A stretch of DNA of 64,000 nucleotides from IMG/VR virus record IMGVR_UViG_3300027791_000009, positions 55,870 through 119,869 of that record, one strand, 5' to 3'. Shown one piece after another: positions 20,167 to 31,200 of the stretch. Both the position numbers and the translations under genes were made by a program. Origin of the DNA: a virus. The first letter of the stretch is position 1; every line of letters starts with the position of its first letter. A model generated the notes under the pieces. That model searched no databases, was not told the DNA's origin, and saw nothing but the letters and a program-made list of their open reading frames with translations.

Positions 20167-20539
20167 ATTAAATCCTACTCATAAAGATACATTGAATGAT
20201 AAGGAGATATATCTTATATGGGAAGATAATGATATTATTCTTAATGCGAAAAGACATTGGGTAGAACAAGTCGAAAGATTTATCTATCCAGCAAAGAGTT
20301 ATTGTGTGGCGATATGTTATGCAAAGTGGATAGAGAGAGATTATGGTGATAAGTTTTACGATTTGTTAAACGACAAGGACTTGTTATTTGGCAATGACCC
20401 ATACTTTGAAGTATATAAAGGAAAGGAACACATTTATGACCCAATCATAAAAGCGTTTCCTAAAGATGAACAAATGGGAATGATACCTGATATTAGAGAC
20501 TATTATGAAAAAGAAATTAGATATGATGGCAAAATCTGA
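20129..20539 (+). CDS. Hypothetical protein
   Basis: 136-aa ORF closing the cluster. Confidence 0.6.
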   Translation: MREWKLKQEVYHRLNPTHKDTLNDKEIYLIWEDNDIILNAKRHWVEQVERFIYPAKSYCVAICYAKWIERDYGDKFYDLLNDKDLLFGNDPYFEVYKGKEHIYDPIIKAFPKDEQMGMIPDIRDYYEKEIRYDGKI

Positions 20540-20551
20540 TATAAGAACGCT

Positions 20552-20559
20552 TATAAATA
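20552..20559 (+). promoter_or_regulatory. T4-type late promoter
   Basis: Intergenic TATAAATA. Confidence 0.8.
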
Positions 20560-20578
20560 ATAATACAAGGAGATAATT

Positions 20579-20815
20579 ATGGCAATTAAGATAAATGGTA
20601 AAGATTATGATGAAGAGAAGTTTGACGATAGAACTAAAAATTATGTTATCGCTAGACAAGAGTTAGTACAGAATAAAGCGAGAGTTGAAGTTGAACTTGA
20701 AAAAATTGATGTGTTAGTTAGATACTACAATGCTAAGATTTGTGAATTTCTAGGTATTGATCCAACTGCTCCAAAAGAAGAAGAAACTCAAACAGAAGAA
20801 CCGAAAAAAGATTAA
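20579..20815 (+). CDS. Small coiled-coil hypothetical protein
   Basis: AGGAG RBS; late promoter upstream. Confidence 0.7.
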   Translation: MAIKINGKDYDEEKFDDRTKNYVIARQELVQNKARVEVELEKIDVLVRYYNAKICEFLGIDPTAPKEEETQTEEPKKD

Positions 20816-20819
20816 ATAA

Positions 20820-21161
20820 ATGGCTGCAATAGCAAATCTAAGAATAGACCAAGGAACTACATTTTCCTCAAATATAACACTTGCAGGAAATGATGGTGCC
20901 GCTTGGGACCTAACAGGACATACCGTTGACGCTAAAATGGCAAAGGGGTATGAGAGTACAAAGACTAGGATAGCGATGTCTACGACCGTAGCAAACCCTG
21001 CTACAGGCATTATAACACTATCTTTGACTTCTGCTCAATCTAGTGCCTTGGATGCTCCAGCAAGATATGTTTATGATGTAGAGGTTACGAGAACTAGCGA
21101 TAGTGTAGTAACCAGGGTTATTGAAGGTATAATAACCGTTCGTCCTAATGTGACCGTTTAA
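20820..21161 (+). CDS. Small virion structural protein (beta-sandwich type)
   Basis: NLRIDQGTTF...G.ITLSLT..Q...RYVYDVE...RVIEGIITV pattern of marine myovirus structural proteins. Confidence 0.65.
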   Translation: MAAIANLRIDQGTTFSSNITLAGNDGAAWDLTGHTVDAKMAKGYESTKTRIAMSTTVANPATGIITLSLTSAQSSALDAPARYVYDVEVTRTSDSVVTRVIEGIITVRPNVTV

Positions 21162-21198
21162 TTATTTTAATACTATTAGTTTTTGAATACCCTTCGGT

Positions 21199-21206
21199 TA
21201 TAAATA
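21199..21206 (+). promoter_or_regulatory. T4-type late promoter
   Basis: Intergenic TATAAATA. Confidence 0.75.
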
Positions 21207-21229
21207 TTAACAATTAAGGGAGACTAAAA

Positions 21230-21487
21230 GTGTCGCAAATTAAAGCAAGAATAGATTCAACGATAAGTAGACCGCAACAAGTGTCGGTTACTATGCCTGC
21301 AGGTGCAGCCGCTCAAACCGCTGTAACCAACTCTACTTTGAAATTTAGATTAATGGCAGATGTAGACGCTTCAACCTTAGCAGATGGTAGTATGATTCAG
21401 TACTCTGCAACAAGTGATAAGTTTGTTGTGAGAGACGAGATTTCGACTACTACTGGTTCAATAACATTGAACGGTGGTTCATTTTAA
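21230..21487 (+). CDS. Small structural-type hypothetical protein
   Basis: GTG start with GGAG RBS; ends LNGGSF, similar to the IDGGLF end of the next gene. Confidence 0.6.
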   Translation: MSQIKARIDSTISRPQQVSVTMPAGAAAQTAVTNSTLKFRLMADVDASTLADGSMIQYSATSDKFVVRDEISTTTGSITLNGGSF

Positions 21488-21517
21488 GTTTAAGGTAACA
21501 AAAGAGAGAGTTAAGAT

Positions 21518-23254
21518 ATGTCAACAATAATCAGAATAAAAAGAAGTTCCAATGTCGCTGCCCCACTATCATTAAAACTTGGTGAATTAGCATTTACATA
21601 TGGTACAGGTACCGCTGGCAACAATGGTGATAGACTATTCGTAGGTGCAGGTGGCGTAGACGGTTCAGGAAACGCAAACGACCTTGATGTAATTGGTGGT
21701 AAGTATTTCACTAGTTTATTTCCAACAACGAACGGTGCTGTCGCTGCTGAAAAACTAATAACAACAGATTCAAATAAAAGAATAGACGAGATTATAATTG
21801 GTAACGAAACCACTAACTCTGGTCGTATAACTTTTAATGAGGCTACAAACAACGGTTCAAACAATGTTGTTTTAAAGGCTCCATTATCACTAACAAATTC
21901 ATCAACACTATTACTACCTGACGGTGCAGGTTCTCAAGGACAATTTCTAAAAGTAATCTCTGCCTCTGGTACAGAAGCTCAATTAGGATTTGACGCTGTA
22001 GATACTACACTTACAATTGAAGATAGTGCCGGTGCAACAACAGATTACTCAACTAACTCGACTCTATTACTTACAGGTGATGGAACGATTGATACAGCAG
22101 TTTCCGGTAATACGGTTACTATAAATGTACAAGACGGTGGAATTAGCACAGCAAAACTTGCTGACGGTGCCGTATCAAATATTAAACTTGCAAATGACGG
22201 TGTAACCTTAGGTACTACTGCATTAACTCTCGGTGCTACTGCAACTGACATTGCTGGATTAACAAATATAGTTGTTGACCATTTAACAATAGATGGACAA
22301 GACATTGCTACATCAGCTGCAAATAGAAATATTACTTTCACACCACACGGAACTGGAACGGTTACCGTACCTAGTGGTTATAAAGATAGAGCAGGTTTCG
22401 CTGCTGACTCACTTGCAACAAAAGAATATGTTGATAGTGCTTCAAGTGGTTTAGATGTAAAAGATAGTTGTAGAGTTGCTACCACAGCAAACTTATCTGC
22501 AACATATGACCAATCAAATGGAAGATTAGACAACAACGCAACTCAAGCCGCTTTAACAATTGACGGTATTTCATTGCTAGTAAATGACAGAGTTGTAGTT
22601 AAAGACCAAACAGAAGCTAGACAAAACGGTATTTACTTTGTAGAAATCGTTGGTGACGGTTCTTCTAACTGGAGATTAACAAGAGCATTAGACGCAAATT
22701 TAGGTACTGACTTAACTGGTGGTACATTTACTTTCGTAGAAGAAGGTACTGCTAATAGTGATAACGGTTATGTATTCACTCACAACGGTACACCAACATT
22801 AAACGATAATACACTTTCAAACAATACTGAATTACCTGTATCACAATTCTCTGGTGCTGGTCAAGTAGTTGCCGGTGCAGCTATGGTAAAATCAGGAAAC
22901 ACTTTAGATGTTAATGTAGATAACCAGACAATAGAAGTAGTATCAGACAAACTACAAGTTAAGGCGCTTGGAATTACAAGTGCTATGTTAGCAGGAAGTA
23001 TTGCAAACTCTAAACTTGCGGATCCAAATCTTTTACTTGCTGGTGAGACTGGAACTGGTACGGTTGGATTAGGAAATACATTAACTATTTCTGCTGGAGA
23101 AGGAATTGATACTTCTGCTTCAGGTTCTTCAATTACAATTGCTGGCGAAGACGCAAGTACAAGTAATAAAGGAGTTGCGTCATTTCATAGTACACAATTT
23201 ACGGTAACAAGTGGTGCTGTTGAATTGAATACTATTGACGGTGGATTGTTCTAA
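21518..23254 (+). CDS. Tail fibre-like protein
   Basis: IRIKRS...GELA N-terminus; [20 protein letters not shown]; DRVVVKDQT...NGIY. Confidence 0.7.
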   Translation: MSTIIRIKRSSNVAAPLSLKLGELAFTYGTGTAGNNGDRLFVGAGGVDGSGNANDLDVIGGKYFTSLFPTTNGAVAAEKLITTDSNKRIDEIIIGNETTNSGRITFNEATNNGSNNVVLKAPLSLTNSSTLLLPDGAGSQGQFLKVISASGTEAQLGFDAVDTTLTIEDSAGATTDYSTNSTLLLTGDGTIDTAVSGNTVTINVQDGGISTAKLADGAVSNIKLANDGVTLGTTALTLGATATDIAGLTNIVVDHLTIDGQDIATSAANRNITFTPHGTGTVTVPSGYKDRAGFAADSLATKEYVDSASSGLDVKDSCRVATTANLSATYDQSNGRLDNNATQAALTIDGISLLVNDRVVVKDQTEARQNGIYFVEIVGDGSSNWRLTRALDANLGTDLTGGTFTFVEEGTANSDNGYVFTHNGTPTLNDNTLSNNTELPVSQFSGAGQVVAGAAMVKSGNTLDVNVDNQTIEVVSDKLQVKALGITSAMLAGSIANSKLADPNLLLAGETGTGTVGLGNTLTISAGEGIDTSASGSSITIAGEDASTSNKGVASFHSTQFTVTSGAVELNTIDGGLF

Positions 23255-23637
23255 TGGCAGACCAAGTCCTAAAACCAAAAAGAAGTTTTACAGCTTCTGC
23301 TGTTCCTCAATTATCTGATTTAGAAATTGGTGAATTGGCAATGAACATTGCTGATGGTAAGTTTTATACTAAACAAAATTCAAGTACTATTAAAGAAGTA
23401 GGTGGTGCTTCTGCGGTTGATATTCAATCAGTATTAACAGCAGGTGCTATTGCAACTACTGACTTAACTTTTAATAATGCAAACATTATTTTTGAAGGTA
23501 ACACAGCTGACGCCTTTGAAACAACATTAACGGTAGAAAATCCAACAGCTGATAGAACGATTAAACTACCAAATTCTAGTGGAACATTAGCATTGACCGG
23601 AGATATTCTCGCCTTTGCTGTTGTGTTTGGAGGATAA
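23254..23637 (+). CDS. Short fibre-associated protein
   Basis: KRS...P...LEIGELAMNIADGKFYTK N-terminal fibre motif; module shared with 8843-10144. Confidence 0.6.
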   Translation: MADQVLKPKRSFTASAVPQLSDLEIGELAMNIADGKFYTKQNSSTIKEVGGASAVDIQSVLTAGAIATTDLTFNNANIIFEGNTADAFETTLTVENPTADRTIKLPNSSGTLALTGDILAFAVVFGG

Positions 23638-23640
23638 TAA

Positions 23641-23970
23641 ATGGCTAGTGCTTTTAAAAACGCAGGAATGACAAACTCGCAAGTTGATGACTCAACTTCA
23701 AATGTTTATACAGCGCCATCAAATGGTACTGCTGTATTACACGCTATTTACATTTCAAATACTTCAACTGATACTCCAGCAGAAGTTGATGTGAAAATAA
23801 CGATAGACGGTGGAACAACTTTTAAGACTATGATGTCTAATATCATCATTCCACAAAACAACACATTTATATTAGATAAACCAGTAAACCTTGAGGCAAA
23901 TGACATTATACGAGTTATTGCGTCTCATGGAAATACAGATACGGTAATGTCGGTATTAGAAAACACTTAA
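23641..23970 (+). CDS. Small virion structural-type protein
   Basis: MASAFKNA...VYTAP...KPVNLEANDII...SVLE. Confidence 0.6.
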   Translation: MASAFKNAGMTNSQVDDSTSNVYTAPSNGTAVLHAIYISNTSTDTPAEVDVKITIDGGTTFKTMMSNIIIPQNNTFILDKPVNLEANDIIRVIASHGNTDTVMSVLENT

Positions 23971-23993
23971 TAGTTTTTAGACGCTGGTTATTG

Positions 23994-24001
23994 TATAAAT
24001 A
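23994..24001 (+). promoter_or_regulatory. T4-type late promoter
   Basis: Intergenic TATAAATA. Confidence 0.8.
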
Positions 24002-24026
24002 TAAAGAAACGAAGAGGAATAATTAA

Positions 24027-24524
24027 ATGGCATTAGCATTACCAACAGGAGCTTCACAAGCAGTAGCAACAGACGCTGCTGGTTTTCAAATCTCTAACGA
24101 ATATGCAATGCACTCCCTTAACCGTGATGTTAACGGTCTTTTAATCTATACTAAAGTAAAATTAGATAGTAATGAGACAATTGAAGTTAACTCTGGTGAA
24201 GGATTTGGGTTTAATGGTTTTGAAGGTATGGCACTTGGTAAAACAAGTGATGGAAGTACCGTTCAAAATTCACTACAAAGTGATTTTGACGAAAGTACAG
24301 ACGCACACTATCAAACGAATGCTCAGTTTAGGAAGTATCAACAAACGAGATTTGATCCGTTGAAACTTTTTTATTTCATAAATGATGACGGTAATCTTGT
24401 TGCAAGGTATCAGCAAGACTATACATACGCCGCTAGCGAAACAGCGACTGCTTCTACTGGAAGCAACTGGACACCTAGTGGAGGAAATTATTATACCCAA
24501 AACAATATTAACAGGTATTTGTAA
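24027..24524 (+). CDS. Hypothetical (probably structural) protein
   Basis: GAGG RBS; late promoter upstream. Confidence 0.65.
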   Translation: MALALPTGASQAVATDAAGFQISNEYAMHSLNRDVNGLLIYTKVKLDSNETIEVNSGEGFGFNGFEGMALGKTSDGSTVQNSLQSDFDESTDAHYQTNAQFRKYQQTRFDPLKLFYFINDDGNLVARYQQDYTYAASETATASTGSNWTPSGGNYYTQNNINRYL

Positions 24525-24547
24525 AAATTAAATAGAGAGAGATAAAA

Positions 24548-27500
24548 ATGGCAGATTTTATTCTAGGTAGACTTAAATTTCACTTCAAAGGAGATTGGGT
24601 TACAGGAACGGCATACATCAAAGATGATGTTGTAAGATACGGAGGAAATAGCTTCGTGGCGATGGCGAACCATACAGGTTCATCAGCGTTTGAAACAGAT
24701 TTAACAGCGACTAAATGGAAAAAGATGGTTGCTGGACAAGAATGGAAAGGTGCTTGGGCAGGTTCTACTAACTATAAAGTAGATGATGTTGTCCAATGGG
24801 GTGGTTCTACATTTGTATGTAATACTGCTCACGCTTCACAAACAGATTTATATGATGACACTTCAAAGTGGACATCATTTGTTCCAGGATTTAAATGGAC
24901 AGGAACATATGCTTCTGCGACTGCATATAAAGTTAACGATTTAGCAAAGTACGGTGCGAATGTTTACATTTGTACGGTTGAACATACTGCCGCTTCAACT
25001 ATTGATACTTCTAAATTTACTTTATTCGTTTCAGGACTAGAATTTGAAGATTCATATGCTTCGGGTACTGCATATCAAGCAGGTGACATTGTAACCTACG
25101 GTGGTTACAACTATGTTGCCGAACAACAATCAACAGGTCAAACACCATATAACAACGCTTCATATTGGACGGTTTTAACAACTGGTTTCAAAATGCTAGG
25201 TACATATGCTGGTGGTACTGCATACAAAACTGGTAATGTAGTAAAATATGGTGGTCACACTTATGTTGCAAAACAAGACGCAACTGGAGTTGTACCAACA
25301 ACTACTGCGACTTGGGATTTATTAAACGAAGGATTTAACTGGAGAAACAATTGGACAGACGGAACTGCTTATGCACCTGGCGACACAATTGGTTACGGTT
25401 CATCATCTTATAGATGTAAACTTGCTCACACAGCTACTGCTGTTGTAGGAGACGCATTACGACCTGATTATGATACAGGCGGAGTTTATTGGGACCTACT
25501 TGCTGAAGGAGATTCAAACTTTGTTACCACGGTAAGAGGTGACATATTAACAAGAAACGCTACACAAAATATTAGATTGCCAATCGGTACAGCTGGTTCA
25601 GTTGTTTCATCAAATGGAACAGATGTTAGTTGGACAATACCTGGGGTTAGTTTTAGTGTTTATTATGTTGCAAAACATGGTACAGATAGTGATCCTTCTT
25701 CTGATACAGGAAGAGGAACTTCATTAGACAAACCTTGGTTAACTTTGCAATATGCAACAACTTGGATTAATAGCAATGTTGCTACTAGTGTATTCAAAAC
25801 GGTTTATGTTAAAACTGGAGAATACGAAGAAGCATTACCTATCATCTTATCTGCTAATACACAAGTAGTTGGAGACGGTGTTAGAAGTACAAGAATTAAA
25901 CCTGCTGCTGGTAACTCAACAGCTACTGGATTAACAAACACTCCAAACAATCGTGCTGATATGTTTAGAGTACATAACGGTACAACGGTTACAGGATTTA
26001 CATTTACTGGAATGGTTGGAACTATGGGAAGTGCTGACTCTTACGGAGTTGCAAGACCTAATATAGCTGACGGTGCAACACGAAGTGGTGTTGTATTTGC
26101 ATTAGACCCAGGAACTGGAGTTTCTGATACGACTACACACATTTCAACTAAATCACCATTTATTCAGAATTGTACTCACTTTGGATTCGGTTCTGTTGGT
26201 ATTAAGATTGACGGTTCATTACACAACTCTGGAAACAGAAGTATACTTGCAAACGACTTTACACAAGTCTCTTCTGACGGTGTTGGAGTTTGGGCATTGA
26301 ATAATGCTAAATCAGAATTAGTATCTGTATTTACATATTACGCACATCACGGTTACTTATGTGATAGTGGTGCTGTTATGAGAAGTTTGAACTCAAACAA
26401 CTCTTACGGTGAATACGGTTCAACAGCTGCTGGTATTGACTCAACAGAAACACCATATACTGCTGTTGTAGATTTAAGAAATAATGAAGCACAAGTAGGA
26501 AGAGTATTAGTATCCGGTTCAGGTATTGGAAGATTAGAATTACAATATGCTGGACAAGCTTACTCATCTTCTGCTGTCTCAATTGCTGGATCCGGTGCCT
26601 CTGGTGCTGTATCAACAACTCATGCTGACGGTGCTGTAAACTTTATAAAGATTAACACTACCGGTTCAACACACTTTACTACAACAGGTTATGCACAAGC
26701 AGGAACTGCAAGTACAATTAAACTTGCTGCTTCTGATTCACAACCTGATGACTTCTACAATGGTATGAGAATTACGGTATATACAGGAACTGGTTATGGT
26801 AACACAGGAGTTATCGCTGACTATGTTGCTTCTACAAAAACTGCAACGATACAAAAAGAAGCAGGCTCTGCCGGTTTTGATGTATTCGTAAACTCTGGAT
26901 TATCTCCTGCTACTGCATTTGATACAACTTCAGGATATGAAATTGAACCAAGAGTTGCTTTAAGTGGTGGTGGTTCTCCTAGTAGAAACGCACTCGCAAG
27001 AGCAGTTGTAGAAAATCAACAAATTTCAAAAATTCTTATATTAGACGGAGGTGCCGGTTATTCTAGTGCACCAACGGTAACAATTACAGACCCTAACGCA
27101 AGTACGGTAGCAACTGCAACATCACACATTAGTGACGGTGTAATTTCACAGACTACGGTAACAACAAGTGGCTCTGGATATAAAACAGAAACAACAACTG
27201 CAACTATTACTGGTGACGGTTATGCTGAAATCTCTAGTGAAGGTACTGCCTTTGTTAGACTAACAGGATTATCTAAATCACCAACTGGTGGTGACATTAT
27301 TGAATTTGCTGGAATATCCGGTCAAGCATATTATGTTGTTAGTGTAACCGGTTACGCTGGTGGCGCTGGACTTGTTAGAGTAAATCCTAAATTTACAACT
27401 TCTAACGCTCCAACTCATGCTGAAACTGCAACATTAAGAAGTAATTACTCAAACATTAGATTGACTGGACATGACTTCTTAGATGTAGGTACTGGTGATA

Positions 27501-28264
27501 TTGTATCAACAAATTATCCTAACACACCAACACAATTACCTGACGCAAATGATGAAGTCTTTGAGGCAGATAGAGGAAGAGTATTCTACTCATCTACTGA
27601 CCAAGACGGTAACTTTAGAGTTGGTAACTTATTCCAAATCGAACAAGCAACTGGTAAGGCGACATTGAACGCTGAAGCATTTGACCTTTCTGGATTACAA
27701 GAATTGAGTTTAGGCTCAAACGCACAAGGTAACTTCGGTGCTACGATTAATGAATTTAGTACTGACGGAACATTAGCAGATAATTCTGATACTGCTCTAG
27801 TTACCGAAAGAGCGATTAAGACCTATGTAGATGGTCAACTTGGTGGAGGACAAAACGATTTATCAGTTAACTCATTAACTGCTGGTTCAATTACTGCCTC
27901 TGGAAGTAATATCTCTACAACAGGTACAAGTGGAACAGATGTTAACTTATCTATTGGAACACAAAACAATGGTATAATTACTCTTTCTGCACAGGCACAA
28001 ACTGCTATTACTCCAACTGCGGCTAATGATTTAGTTAATAAGTCATATGTTGACGCACAAGGAACTCCTACATTACAAACACTTTCAATTGATGATGAAG
28101 ATTTATCATTAAAAAGAAGAGTAATAACAAATGCAAATGAGTTAATACAAAAAGAGAGTGCTTACTTTGATGGTACGGACGCAACTGAAGGATTTGAATT
28201 TATCAATGGAAGTATGCAAATAAACATTGATAAATCTGGAGACTTGGTAATAGAAACAATATAA
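24548..28264 (+). CDS. Large fibre/spike protein with tandem CBM-like repeats and a beta-helix-like region
   Basis: About six repeats of G.(W/Y)...T.Y...D.V.YG; YYVAKHG.D...G.S...P.LT and VKTGEY.E.LP...GD..R motifs typical of pectin-lyase-like tailspike entries. Confidence 0.65.
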   Translation: MADFILGRLKFHFKGDWVTGTAYIKDDVVRYGGNSFVAMANHTGSSAFETDLTATKWKKMVAGQEWKGAWAGSTNYKVDDVVQWGGSTFVCNTAHASQTDLYDDTSKWTSFVPGFKWTGTYASATAYKVNDLAKYGANVYICTVEHTAASTIDTSKFTLFVSGLEFEDSYASGTAYQAGDIVTYGGYNYVAEQQSTGQTPYNNASYWTVLTTGFKMLGTYAGGTAYKTGNVVKYGGHTYVAKQDATGVVPTTTATWDLLNEGFNWRNNWTDGTAYAPGDTIGYGSSSYRCKLAHTATAVVGDALRPDYDTGGVYWDLLAEGDSNFVTTVRGDILTRNATQNIRLPIGTAGSVVSSNGTDVSWTIPGVSFSVYYVAKHGTDSDPSSDTGRGTSLDKPWLTLQYATTWINSNVATSVFKTVYVKTGEYEEALPIILSANTQVVGDGVRSTRIKPAAGNSTATGLTNTPNNRADMFRVHNGTTVTGFTFTGMVGTMGSADSYGVARPNIADGATRSGVVFALDPGTGVSDTTTHISTKSPFIQNCTHFGFGSVGIKIDGSLHNSGNRSILANDFTQVSSDGVGVWALNNAKSELVSVFTYYAHHGYLCDSGAVMRSLNSNNSYGEYGSTAAGIDSTETPYTAVVDLRNNEAQVGRVLVSGSGIGRLELQYAGQAYSSSAVSIAGSGASGAVSTTHADGAVNFIKINTTGSTHFTTTGYAQAGTASTIKLAASDSQPDDFYNGMRITVYTGTGYGNTGVIADYVASTKTATIQKEAGSAGFDVFVNSGLSPATAFDTTSGYEIEPRVALSGGGSPSRNALARAVVENQQISKILILDGGAGYSSAPTVTITDPNASTVATATSHISDGVISQTTVTTSGSGYKTETTTATITGDGYAEISSEGTAFVRLTGLSKSPTGGDIIEFAGISGQAYYVVSVTGYAGGAGLVRVNPKFTTSNAPTHAETATLRSNYSNIRLTGHDFLDVGTGDIVSTNYPNTPTQLPDANDEVFEADRGRVFYSSTDQDGNFRVGNLFQIEQATGKATLNAEAFDLSGLQELSLGSNAQGNFGATINEFSTDGTLADNSDTALVTERAIKTYVDGQLGGGQNDLSVNSLTAGSITASGSNISTTGTSGTDVNLSIGTQNNGIITLSAQAQTAITPTAANDLVNKSYVDAQGTPTLQTLSIDDEDLSLKRRVITNANELIQKESAYFDGTDATEGFEFINGSMQINIDKSGDLVIETI

Positions 28265-28267
28265 ATA
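28260..28267 (+). promoter_or_regulatory. T4-type late promoter
   Basis: TATAAATA overlapping the preceding stop codon. Confidence 0.7.
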
Positions 28268-28291
28268 ATAGTTAAATAGGAAGATATAAAA

Positions 28292-31200
28292 ATGGCAACA
28301 ACAAAAACTAGAATTGGTAATCTGTTCTTCAATTACCAGGGTGATTATTCGAGTACGAAGGCTTATATAAAAGATGATGTTGTATTACACAACAATTCTG
28401 ATTATATTTGCGTTAAAAACTCGTCTACTACAGGAGTAGCACCTGATACTGGAACAGAAGCTCAACAAAAAAGATATGCAAGGGTAACAATTGCTACATC
28501 AGCAACTACTGGTGGTAATGCTTATAAATGGGACGGTGAATCTACTTGGCCTCAAACAGAAGTACAATACAAAATTGGTGATACATTAGTATTATACCAA
28601 GACGGTAATGACTTTGATGATAATAAGATTGCATTTTCTAACTCTGCTACATCAAAAGAAACAAATTTATTCCACACAGATGTAACCTATATGCTAGACG
28701 GTAAGTCTGTTGGTGGTGGAACTGCAAGTGGTAACTACTTTAACTCTGGTACATTTAACAATGCTACTAAAAGAGAAATTAGAATAGAGATTACTGCTGA
28801 AACTCCAAAAGAAATCTATATCTTCAACTTTGATAATCCTTCTGCTACTTGGGGACCTAAAATGGTCGTTGCCGAAAACCAAGTATGGAAAGAAATCAGA
28901 CAATCATTTAAATGGAGAGGTGACCATAGTGAAGCTTCTATAGTTTACAATCCAAATGACTTAGTACATATTAATGTTCCTGTAGATAATGACTTTTCTA
29001 CAAACAATCAATATTCTGGAGACCAAATACAAAATATTAGAGCAACTTATGTCTGTTTGAGAGAACACACATCTGGTGTTGCAGGTACTTTACCTTGGGA
29101 CCAAGATACTGATACAGACGCAAATAAGTATTGGGAAAGAATTTCAGAAGAACATCAATTTGATGACGAAACAATTACAGATAGTGGTGCTGTTGCAACA
29201 ATAGACACTTCATCTACTTCTGCTTCTCCTGCTAGACAAGCAGGATTTTATCCTTTCGTAAATACTACAAATATTACTGCCGCTGCTGAAAATAGTGGTG
29301 CAGGAAGAACGAACGGTTATAATACACCACAGGTTAACATAACGGTCGAAGGTTACCAATCTGCTAAAACGGTTGGCAACTTCTCTACTGCACATTACAA
29401 AAGAAAACCTGGTATTTACAGAAACTTAACTCCAACTTCAACTTCAGGTGCTGGTTCAAACGCAACATTTGATGTAGAAGTAGACAACAACGGTGCTGTA
29501 ATTTCAGTCGCTGTTACCAAGAAATCACTTGGTGGTCAAATGGGAGGTTTAGGATATGCTGTTAACGAAACAATTACTTTGGCTGACGCACTTATAGGAG
29601 CTGGTGGTGCACCTGACTTTACTTTTGATGTGACAGCAATTGGTACTTGGGGAGCTCTTCAAATAGAAATCGCTAGAGACCAAAAAAGAGGAATGCAAAA
29701 CGCACAATGGGAAAATAATAACGAACCTGAATTACTTGGTGGAGAAAACAACGCTGCTGCTGATGTATTAGCTGTTGACGCACAAGTATTATATTCTAGT
29801 GCAGCTGTACAATTCTCTGTGGTAACTACACAGAAAAAAGCAAGAGGTTATCAAAACTTCTTTAGTGGAAACAGATTAGAAGCAATGGCATTATGTAATG
29901 AAAACGGACCTATCGGTGATGACCATCCGTTATACAGATTGCCTGGACAATTCCAACAAGCGAATTGTTATAACTGGCCTTGTTTCATTAACGGTAGAGG
30001 TTCAATTACAAGTTGGGGTTCAAACTCTAACGGTCAAAACGGATTAGAAACTGGTTCTGTTATGACTGGTGTTGGTATGGTATTTCCATTCCTTGACTGG
30101 TACAGAAGTACAGATAACGGTGGTAGTGGTATTCATACTACTCCTGATGGAGAACCACCAAAAGCAATTCAACTATTATCTGGATATGAAGTTGGTATGG
30201 CACTATTTAATAATGGTGAAATATACCATTGGGGTTACGGAGGTCACGGACAAAATGGTGACGCTGCTGATTCTAATAGAGGATATCCGACAAGACCTGG
30301 TGGAACATACCAAGAAATTTATCAAGCTTCTAACACTTCAACGCATACATTGAAAGATACAAGAATTAAAAGAATTTACATTACTAATTGGGGCGGAGAC
30401 AATAACACAAATACACACTCTGTTTATGCGTTAGATACTAACGGTGAACTATGGGCTTGGGGTTACAATGGATACGGTCAATTAGGACAAAACAATACAA
30501 CTAATTTAAATAGACCTACAAAAATTAATAAGACTACTTACTTCAATGGTAATAAGATTGACGCTTTCTGGACTGCTGGTGCAGGATACGCTTTCTGTTT
30601 TGCTTTAGATGTAACCGGTAAATTATATACTTGGGGTTATAATGGTTACGGTGTTTTAGGACAAGGTAACACCACTAACTTATCAGTACCAACTCAAATT
30701 CCAACTATCGTTTGGGATAACGGTGCTGCTAATCCTGGTAAGATTAAAAAATTATTAGTAGACTCGCAACAATCATATCAAAGATGTGCCATTCTTACTG
30801 AAAAAGGTAAGATATATTGGTGTGGAAGGAATGAATACGGTTGGGCTATGATGGGCAATACTACAGATGTAAGTACATTTACAATTATGTCTAATGGTCC
30901 AGGAAGTGGAACATATTCTGATTGTCAAAATATGTGGTTTACAGGTAACGGAAGATACGCAAGTTTCTGGACTAAAGATAGTACAGACTCTATTAAGTGC
31001 TGTGGTTACAATGGTAACTATGAACTAGGTATTGGTAACTCAACAAACCAAACTGCTGCTATTTCACCAAAATGGCAGATTAATGGAACTACAACTTCTG
31101 ACTTACATAACATTAAAGACATCGGTTGTAATAGTGAATATGGTAACCAATGGATGTGTAATGTATGGGTATTAACATATGACGGATTTATGTTTAATGT

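Noticed and set aside
24590-25500. Periodic repeats as a CRISPR array or diversity-generating retroelement
   Set aside because: These are degenerate protein-level repeats inside one ORF, with no identical DNA repeats, spacers, cas genes or reverse transcriptase.
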